NCBI GenBank assembly: GCA_044892525.1
Contig: CM097885.1
Span: 39,434,001-39,494,000, forward strand
DNA: 60,000 nucleotides
Direction: 5' to 3'
From: Schmidtea polychroa
Lineage: Eukaryota
Each line of letters starts with the position of its first letter. The stretch's first letter is position 1. This document shows positions 1 to 9,130 of this stretch, piece by piece. Below the pieces are notes generated by a model that saw only the letters and a program-made list of their open reading frames with translations, had not been told where the DNA came from and did not search any database. The translations under genes were made by a program, and so were the position numbers.

Positions 1-319
1 AGTAAAGAAAACTATTGAAATGAAAGAAACTAAGCCAAGTGATAGCGATAATTGGAGAGTAAAGACAAATGTTGAAATGAAAGTATTCAAACCGAGATAT
101 AACAATAATTGGAGAGAAAAGAAAAGTGTTGAAATGAAAGAAACAAAACCTAGTGATAGTGATAATTGGAGAATAAAGAAAGATGTTAAAGTAACAGAAT
201 CAAAAGACTGTAGCAGTGGAACACAGAGAATTACAAATATGCGTGATACCAAAACAGAAAATCTTCGAGAAAACAAAACAGCCGAAAAAGAAAATTCTTG
301 GAGATTAGTTAAAAAATAA
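1..319 (+). CDS. eIF4B: eIF4B-like protein, 3' part only (cut by the window edge)
   Basis: Identical to the C-terminal third of the 311-aa ORF. Confidence 0.8.
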   Translation, partial: VKKTIEMKETKPSDSDNWRVKTNVEMKVFKPRYNNNWREKKSVEMKETKPSDSDNWRIKKDVKVTESKDCSSGTQRITNMRDTKTENLRENKTAEKENSWRLVKK

Positions 320-3300
320 ATTTTTCCTTTCTATATTTGTTTAATATTATGATTGTTGTTTTTTCTTTAGAGTGTTTAATATATTTATTTTTCAATGTAA
401 AATGTTTGATATATATCTTTAATATTAAATTGTATTTTTATGATAGTAGTTTGTTTGCAAAATTGATAATGAGAAAGTACATAAATCTCTATTTTATTTT
501 TGTTATGATAGAACATTTTAAGGATACGTTTGAAATTATATTTATCAATAAAAATTAAAATTTCTAAGTTATTCTATTATTAAACAAAATTTATATTGTA
601 ATTAAAATCAATTTCATAATTTTAATAAAATAATAGACCTAGAAAATTTCGAAAGATAGGGAAATAGAATGTAAGTAATTATATTTATTACTCATTATTT
701 AGTCAACTTTCATGTTATAGATAATAGTTGACATATGTTTAGATAATTGATTTTTATTTTTTTCATTGAAATGTCAGATTTGGTCTATGATTACCGTATG
801 TGTGCGTGTGTAAGTAACTGAGTGATAAGGTTACTGTTACTTGACACCCAACAAAAAACATTTATGACGTCACTACACAGGTATGCAATATTGAGTATTA
901 TATATTTTTTACAATTAACAATATTAGTTTTGCAAATTGAATTCACAAGCTAGGATTGATTGAATATTAAAAATATGTTGCAGTTGAAATCAGATTATGG
1001 TGAATATTTATAGGATGACTTTTATTATAGTATTTAATTTTATTCAAAACAATTTCTATTTTAACGCATAGATAAAATTCAAAAAACTTTGACAAATAAC
1101 TATTATGTCATTGAATTAGTTTTCATAAAATATTATTATATATGAATATTAATAGACAATCTATGTATTATTTTATGAAAGTTAATTAATAGCAGCTTAA
1201 AAATACTCAAAGACCTTTCCTAATGTTATTGAACACCAATAAAACATCATTTATTCCATTTCAAAAATTAAATATTTTTACTCTTATTTGAAATAAACTC
1301 AATGGTAGTTTATTAAGTACGTGACATAGCATTTTATTTATTTCATTATAAAGCTCTTTTCGTTTCTTGAAACCTTGATAATTTATCTTAATATGTTGGC
1401 TTAATTTAATAAATTTCGATCTATCTTGACTCTTATTATCGGTAGATTTAACATTTGTCGACATCAAAATAAAGTCCAAAGAATCAAGAATCATTGAATT
1501 AAGAGAAATCTTTTTATATTTTCTTTATATGATATTATTTTATTTGAATAAAGGAAATGCTTATAAGCTAAAATTATATTAGATCATGATTCAATTTGTC
1601 CAAATTGCCAAATTGCGACCAACTAACGACTTATTGGACAGATAATTATATGATGATGAAATGTTGTCAAACTACTTCTGTATTTGATGATTTTGTAATA
1701 TTTAGGTCTCACTATTTGAGAATCTCAACTCTACTGGTTTTTATATAAATATAAATAAAGAACACAGGTCTTTATATAAATGTTTATTTAAAATTTCAAA
1801 AATTACCAAATGAGAAATCGAAATTTGCAAAAATGATCTTCTAAAATTGTAACTTTCACTGGATAATTACTAATTTATTTTCACTGCAAAATGCTAGCTA
1901 ATTGTGTGGTTTTTTTATGTTGTGTAGTGCTTGTTGTGTTAATTTTAAATCAATTAAATAAGGCTTCTGTAGAGAGTTTTTGTCTGGTCTGTGTTTAAAT
2001 ATTTACGAAGCATTAAACTTTGAAAACTCTTCTTGGAGCAAATATTTGGCGAATTAAATGATTTTCTTCGCGCCTATTTATATCAACATTTTTCAATAAA
2101 AATAAAATATGATTATTTCCTGCTTATACGCACTGAATAGTAATATTAAATATTATATCTACATATTTTGTTCTTTATAGATTGCGTGCTATAATAAAGA
2201 TATGTTTTTCTTAAATTATAATTATAATATAACATTAATTTTTTGAAATATAATAAATTTAATAGTAATTTTTCCTTGCGTTAAAATAAGTTAATTATAA
2301 CGTAGAATAAAGATCTAGTTCGGGTCGTTTGAAATCGTCGCTGTTCTCAAATTCGTTAGTTAAACTGTCCGATTCAAATACTGTTTCTACTGATGCTGGT
2401 TTCTTGTGTAGTTTTCTGTTTTTCTTGGCTCTTTGTATCTCTTCCTTTTCCAATAAATTGAGGTTTCCTTTACTTTTTCGTCTAGTTCGGCTAGCTAAGC
2501 TATCAATTTTTTCCTCCTTTTAATATCCTTTGATAAATTTTCTACTTCGTCGATTGAGCTTGATGTTTCCTAATTATTGTCTCGCTTTAATCTTTACGAT
2601 TCTCTAATTCCTCTTGGATTTGGTTTTATTAGTTTCTTTGATTCTTCGCTTTTTGATTGATTTCTCTATATCTCTTGATTTCTATTGCTTTCTTGATTTT
2701 CTTGATTTCTTTCTGAATTCTTTGCTTTATTCTAAAATAATTAACACTTCTAGTACATATCATAAATTCTCTTTATTAAACCCTTCATTTACTTTCCATT
2801 TTCCCTTTATTTTACTGCTCCTTCGCTTCAAATTTTCTAGCTTTCCTACACTTCTCGTTATTCACCCCATTTTGATTTTAAGTCGATTTTAAATTATCTA
2901 TAACTCATATCAATTATCTATATAGTCATATCAATTATCTATCCCTTTTATAATCGTCATATAAATATAATATCAATCACATAAATATCAAAATAAACAT
3001 ATCATTAATAAATAAAATTCAATAATTCAACTACTAGCTATTCGTTCGCTTTTCCCCATCCAAAACCTGGTTTTATGTTCTCTTGCGCCGGCGCTTTATC
3101 ATAATTTTCCTTTACTCATTATATATTTGTCGCACTTAATCTATTTCAATTTAATCAACTTCATTTTAATTATTGATGCTTTGGTACGCGCGACCTCTAC
3201 ATCCACCTTTATTTACCATCGGCTCTCTGGCTGGTTTACTCAACTCACTAATTTCATTTAAATCATTTCGCTCAATTACCATCGGCTCCCTGGCCGGTTT

Positions 3301-3556
3301 AATCAACTCATTTTAATCATAATTGAAGTCTTTTACGACTCCTAGACGCCTGGGCTTTTACACCATTACGCCGTATTCGCGGTCTTCGGTCCCTGACCGG
3401 TTTCAAATGCCCTAAATGAGGTTTCTTCAACCCCCAGACGCCTTCGGGTTTTACACCTACTATCGTCCCTACCGCGATTAAATTGAGTTGACAGTTGACT
3501 TTCGGGTTAATTAACAATTCAAGGCTCCTCCTACTCAAATTCCTAATTTGCTGAGG

Positions 3557-4130
3557 CCTCACAACTGGCTCAATTCTTAGCCGCTTATTGAAAAGAGTCT
3601 AATACCGGTAACTCTAATCTCATCACCGTTTCACTGGGCCTATCGGTACTCGGTGTGGGCATCCGGGTTTTGTACCGACCCCGGCTAGCAATAATCACGA
3701 AGAAAAAACATCCTATCTGTCAGGATTTAAAAAACACGGAAATACCTAATCGCCTTGATCGTGATTCTCAAAAGTGATGAACCAGATCTCCCGACTAGTG
3801 AAGCTAAAGGGAAATTGGATATGCAGTTGACTCTCGGTCTCCCACCTCACAACTGGTCCAATCTTGGTTGCCTGTTGAGTACGAGTCCTTTACCGGTTGA
3901 CTCGCATCTCACAACCGTTTCACTGGGCTCCTTGATACTCGGTGTAAGTAACTGGGTATCTCTCGCTCGCTACCCTTCCGGGTATTTGTATCAAGTCCCG
4001 CTAGCAACTCGAAAAAAGTGCGCCCAATACTCGGTGTGGTATCCGGGTTTTTGTATTGGGTGATCCAGCATCATCAGTCCCTTGGCTGATAATCTCCTGG
4101 ACACTACAGTCCGGTGGTTAGCCGCTGTAC
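3557..4130. ncRNA. Repeated structured cis-element with covarying stems in the element leader (also ~19355-19928 and ~35155-35728)
   Basis: Three versions of stem-tcggtgt..ccggg-tttt-stem, each with a different but perfectly complementary stem. Confidence 0.55.
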
Positions 4131-4789
4131 TCGGGTGCCTCATCACTCGCTAGGGAAAAATCATTATTCCTCATCTGATTTGAAGTCCAAAAACGGTTTC
4201 TTCAAATCCGCAGCTGCTCTCGGATTAAATTTTTTAACATTTAGCGCGCGTTTTTCAATTTTTATTTTTATTTTTCTATTTTTATTCACCCTTTTTAGTT
4301 AGTCCCAGTCTCCCAGACAAAAAAAATATAATAATCGCGTTGGTTCATTTCCCACAAGTGGTGATCAGTCACTCGACAGAAACTCCCCAACATTTGCGAT
4401 GGATCCTACTACATTCTCTCGTCAGGGTGATCAGGATTTCCCCATTCGGGCAAGTGTCGTAAGGACGATTCACTTGTCATCCCCTCATTATCGTATCACT
4501 CTATGCCAAAATAATAAAACAGGAAGGAAAGAAAATTGGAAATAAAAAATCGTACTGATCTTAGCGATCAGCTCATCCATACGACTATGATCAGTCCTGC
4601 ATTCAATTTTGATTTAGTTCTAATTGCTGTGTTGCTTGTCTATTTATTTAACGTATTTTGTGTCCTTTATATGTCTATGTTCATCGTATGTTTTATACCT
4701 TTCGGTTGCTATAATGGAATTTTTTAATATAATTTAATAATTTTATCACTTCATATTCATTCACAAGAAATTTATTTGACGACATCTCC

Positions 4790-5272
4790 TTACGGAATGT
4801 ATATTACAATTTTCTCTCTAACATTCGTATCGCATACGTTGCATCGTTTAATTTTCTCTGCGCAATTCTCGCAGTAACATAAATGACCACATGGGATCGT
4901 CATTACTCGTATTTCATTGATTCTGCACATGAAGCATTTTCTAAAATCTTTCACTTGACGTTCGATCGCTTCTTTAATTTCTTCTTCGATCGTCCCCATT
5001 TTCATCATTATCTCCTGCCATTTGATGTTAAATTTGGCATCATCTAATCGTAAATTTTGGATTTGATAAACTCTTTTAGTGGTCAATTCCGCATTAGGTG
5101 TTGCTATTTTCATCATTACACATATTTCCTCAGCTTGCGGTCTTGGATTCAAGCTCATCTCATCTTGGATTTTCACCAACTGGTCCGCTTTGCGATTTAG
5201 CCGTTGTAACGAATTGTGTGTTAAATCTACGAATTTTTCGAGTCTCTTTGTAATGTAGCCGGTTGATTCCAT
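4790..5272 (-). CDS. Coiled-coil + C-terminal C3HC4 RING protein (IAP/MUL1-type), putative E3 ubiquitin ligase, 160 aa
   Basis: CFMC-x11-CGH-x3-CENC-x6-CNVC followed by ..IVIYIP at the extreme C-terminus. AATAAA lies ~14 nt after the stop (4771-4776, minus strand). Confidence 0.88.
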   Translation of the reverse strand: MESTGYITKRLEKFVDLTHNSLQRLNRKADQLVKIQDEMSLNPRPQAEEICVMMKIATPNAELTTKRVYQIQNLRLDDAKFNIKWQEIMMKMGTIEEEIKEAIERQVKDFRKCFMCRINEIRVMTIPCGHLCYCENCAEKIKRCNVCDTNVREKIVIYIP

Positions 5273-5959
5273 CTAATTAAGATTTATTAATTAAAGTTCT
5301 TTTTATTAATATTCGCGTCATTTTCCCCCTTTATCATTTTCCCTCTAATATCCAGAATACCTTATTTTATTAGTGCTTCAATAAACCTTTACATTCTACT
5401 TATCACTCTTAACAACCCCGTCTCCCTCTGTTTAATGTTCTATCCTGCGCAAATTTTTCTCATGATTTTATTATAATCGTTTCATTATATATAACCCATA
5501 TCCCATTCGTTATCGCCCTATTTTACACGTTTTCGATTAAGTTTAATTACATTGTTCATTTGTTCTATCTTTATTAGCGTGCTATCCCCCCTTTTCCCTA
5601 TTTTTTAAATTTTTATTATTTCTTTATATTTACATTCTACTAATCGTTAATATTTACAATTTTTATTATATTTTTGTTTTCGTTTTAATTTTCGTTTATT
5701 ATCATTCATTCTATTACTACGCTATTCGTACAGTGTTCTCATACTCACTTTCAATATATTCATATGTTGTCATACTTTAAAACTCTCATCATTCATTTAA
5801 ACATTCCACCTATATTTCATCATATTCGCACGTCCATGTACTAAATTTAAGTGTTTGGGAAAACAATTTGCTCGTTCCCGAATGCATATTACTTTATATC
5901 AGCTTTTACTCTCTCCGTTATATCTATTCTCGGGTTCTTTCACTAATCAAATCTTCACT

Positions 5960-5977
5960 ATCCCGGCTGAGCCCCCA
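5960..5977 (-). promoter_or_regulatory. Primer-binding site for tRNA-Pro (TGGGGGCTCAGCCGGGAT)
   Basis: The plus strand atcccggctgagccc-cca resembles a tRNA-Pro 3' end with CCA. It differs at 2 of 18 nt from the MLV tRNA-Pro PBS TGGGGGCTCGTCCGGGAT and lies 4 nt from a CA LTR end. Confidence 0.88.
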
Positions 5978-6383
5978 ATTTTGTATGGTGGGTTACTGGT
6001 GGTCGAATGTTTAAGTGCTGTTACCAGCGTAACCCAACATGCAACATTGTCTTTCCGCTTGGTACCCGTTGAGTAATCAACGTTGGTACTGTACCAAGGG
6101 TTGAGTACTCGCAAAAAGTGAGCGCATCAAGGCACTATAATTGTCGAGTACTCCATGGGTTCACGGACTACCGATAGAAGGTGTGTGTCCGATTTCTCAG
6201 GTCCCTCATCAAAATTGTTTTCCCAACCTTACGCACAAACTCTCATTTCTCAGGCAATCATAAAATATATCGGATATTATTTTAGTACTAAGAAATATGT
6301 ATTATTTTAACAAAAAATATATTCTTTTAATACTACAAAATATACACAACACCCTACAAGGATATATAAACCAGAATAAAAGT

Positions 6384-6869
6384 TCAACCCGGCTTGTTGG
6401 TAGAGCTGGCCAACCCCGTCGTAGACGCTTGCGATGAATTTGCTTGCCGCTCGTACTCGGCCAGACTGGCCTTCTTCAATTTTTCCCGAATGTTTCGCCC
6501 AAGCCGTTTTCTTTTGGGCTTATTTTCGGCGGCTGGGGGATATATCGCCGCGAGTTCAACGGTCAGTGGCTGGATTTGTCTTGCCACGGCCTCTTGCACC
6601 ACCTGCTCATTTCGCTCGGTCTCGAGTGCCCGCACCTGCAATTTCAGGGCGCGGATCTCCATTTGGTCCTGAGCGGCCTGTGTTTGTAGCTGGAGGATCT
6701 GGGCAGTTTTCTTCTTCATCGCTTCGGGACTAAACCAGGTCCCCTCGAACTCCCGGCATTTCCCTTTCAATTTGTCCACTCGGACTCGGAGTTCGTCAGC
6801 ACGTTTCTGAGCCTGCTCTCGATCTTTACGCAGGTTCTCCATTAGCTTGTACACTAAAAGGAGTCTCAT
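6384..6869 (-). CDS. LTR-encoded coiled-coil protein with a basic NLS-like patch (161 aa; start may be MENLR at 6842)
   Basis: A GC-rich island that matches the ORF extent. It has heptad-like E/Q/K/R/L/A composition, a KPKRKR motif, and TATAAAAA upstream. Confidence 0.7.
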   Translation of the reverse strand: MRLLLVYKLMENLRKDREQAQKRADELRVRVDKLKGKCREFEGTWFSPEAMKKKTAQILQLQTQAAQDQMEIRALKLQVRALETERNEQVVQEAVARQIQPLTVELAAIYPPAAENKPKRKRLGRNIREKLKKASLAEYERQANSSQASTTGLASSTNKPG

Positions 6870-6956
6870 TAGTTTTGTTTATACCAAAAAAAATTTTATA
6901 GAATAAATTATTGGTAAGATTAAATAATATTGTTATTCGCGCTTATCGCTAGGCCA

Positions 6957-6964
6957 TTTTTATA
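6957..6964 (-). promoter_or_regulatory. Candidate TATA box in the LTR (repeated in copies 2 and 3)
   Basis: The minus strand reads ggagggg-tTATAAAAA-tggcc, with GC-rich flanks, ~90-115 nt upstream of the coiled-coil ORF starts. Confidence 0.5.
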
Positions 6965-8155
6965 ACCCCTCCATCTACCAACTGACTCATGCAACCAACA
7001 GAAAGGAAGAATACTTTACGTAAGAACAACCACTCTACGGTTTCTAATACTCAACTATGATACTAATAAAATCGACTAAATCAAAATACTTTATTTAAAC
7101 ACAAACACTTGACGATATCTAATACTAAGGGAATAGACTAGGTTATGTTAATTGTCCTCCAATAATCACGACTAATGTTTGCGGGGCCGCTTGGTCTCGA
7201 GCCTCCTGCAACCGGTTATTCTTCGGCTCCACCTTCACCCATGCCGGGGCATCCGCTTCGGGGCCCGTCCGGATTACTCGAGCTGACCCCACCGATGTAT
7301 ATGGTACCAGATGTACCGGGTCCGGAGACGGGTGATCGTCTGCTGGTCAGTACCCTCGTCACTGCTAGAGCTAGATTGCGAGATGTCTGTAATATAAATA
7401 TTAAGACCCGTGTATAGCCCGTGTGGCTTATAAATTTAAAGTACGATAAAATATACAACATTTTATTCACCAAAAGTTATTTACCACTAGTTGGTAATTT
7501 AAAAATTCTTATGTCAATTCTTTGCCATTTTCTGGAAATTATCGAATTACTACTGAATTCGGGCACGCCGGGGTGATGGGTATTAGCGACGAGCTTAGTT
7601 TCTCGTTTGCTTACCTCTCCATTGGTTGTGTTCGTCATGAGTGGTACAGTCGACTTTCATGCATTTGAGGTAATTCATTTATTTACCGTAAATTTTGATT
7701 CCCAGGAATGTTGGATGATAACTTTTCCTGGTTGGAGATGGATGAGCCTAGTTTTGGGAGATCATCCTACGATTCATAATTTTTGATTCTTAGTGGCTTG
7801 GTAATATGATTTGTTGTTCATAATAAAAGAAAAATCTTATGTTTTTATTAATAGTAATTTAATCTTCTAATAAACGAAGTTATATATTTGCCATTCATTC
7901 AGGATTTAAAGGGGGTAGTTTATATGTTGGATCAGGTACTCTCACCCATATCCTCAGCTAACCTAGATGGTGTTAACATTTTCTAGGGGAGGGGTGTTGC
8001 TAAAAATAACTTTCTAGTATTTCAGACATTCCTATTAGTTCAAAAAGGTTGATTCCAAATTTAACTCCGGGGGGAAATCCTAAATCAATATTTGATTTAG
8101 ATTTTTATTTTTGTGAACTACAACTTATGAATAGGGACAATGATAGTATTAGCGA

Positions 8156-8208
8156 TGATAATAACGACAATAATAATAATAATAGTAATAATGATAATAA
8201 TAATAATA

Positions 8209-8242
<34 letters not shown>

Positions 8243-8454
8243 GATTAATAATAATAATAATAATAATAATAGCAATATTAATAGTAATATTGATGGTAGT
8301 AATGATGATAATAATAATGATAATAATAATAATAATAGTAATAATAATAATAATAGTAATATTAATGATAACATTAATGGTAATAATGATAATAATAATA
8401 ATAATAATAATCATAATGATAATAAGGATAATATCAATTATAATATTGATAGTG

Positions 8455-8485
<31 letters not shown>

Positions 8486-8527
8486 GAATAATAAGAATAA
8501 AGATGATACTGATACTAATAATAATAA
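8156..8527. repeat. Imperfect (AAT)n microsatellite inside the LTR (copy 1)
   Basis: aat runs interrupted by gat/agt/ggt triplets. Confidence 0.97.
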
Positions 8528-8804
8528 TGGTGACGATTTAGAATGATAACTGGAAATATAATCACTCTCAATTCATACTTTATAATTTTAACAAAACTAA
8601 TTTACATTTCTAATTTTAACGTCGAATGCTTCGATGTAAGCTATGGTAGCTACTTGTACTTTATATCTTCATGGTCAAATTTTGATTATAGCTAATTATA
8701 ATTCATTTCTACATTTATACTTTGTAGTTATACCTAGGTACAAATTATATTTTATAATACGACTTTACCTCAAATTATTCGTATTCCCTACTCTTATAGT
8801 TAGA

Positions 8805-9130
8805 ACTTATAATTATTTATAATTTATATTCCTAAATATTTTATATATAACTAATTATAATTTATAACTTTATATTTTATAATTTATAATTTTATATTTT
8901 GTAGTTTATAAATTTATATTTTATAATTGCCAATTTTACATTTTATAATTTATAGTTTTTAATTTTTTTCAATTTATAAGTTTATATTCTATAATTTCTA
9001 ACTTTATATTTTATAATTTTATGTTTTTCAATTTATGAGTTTGTACTTTGAAATTTTACGTTTTCTATTTACAATTTCGTAGTTTGTAATCTATAAATTT
9101 ATATTTTATAATCCGTAATTTTATGCTTTA
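8805..9130. repeat. Degenerate TTTATAA/TTTATAT low-complexity repeat in the LTR (also ~24603-24928 and ~40404-40729)
   Basis: Recurrent tttataat/ttttatat units. Confidence 0.75.

Noticed and set aside
337..558. 73-aa hydrophobic ORF after each gene copy, and similar F/L/I-rich ORFs at 2614 and 10652
   Set aside because: They have TTG/GTG starts and T-rich composition typical of UTR or strand-biased DNA, with no domain signal.
2311..2345. Helitron terminus (TC start or CTAG end) at the left insert boundary
   Set aside because: There is no convincing subterminal hairpin and no clean A|T insertion, and host bases are lost. TG...CA plus a PBS explains the insert better.
4040..4080. Minus-strand CTGATGA as a hammerhead core
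   Set aside because: No GAAA follows a stem II at a suitable distance.
5960..5977. tRNA-Pro gene
   Set aside because: Only the 3' 18 nt, including CCA, are present with no cloverleaf, so it is a PBS.
6394..6733. Three overlapping plus-strand ORFs
   Set aside because: They are antisense to the coiled-coil ORF in a GC-rich, stop-poor island.
8049..8546. Poly-Asn, poly-Ile and poly-Leu ORFs (and their copies)
   Set aside because: These are by-products of the AAT microsatellite, which is stop-free in several frames.
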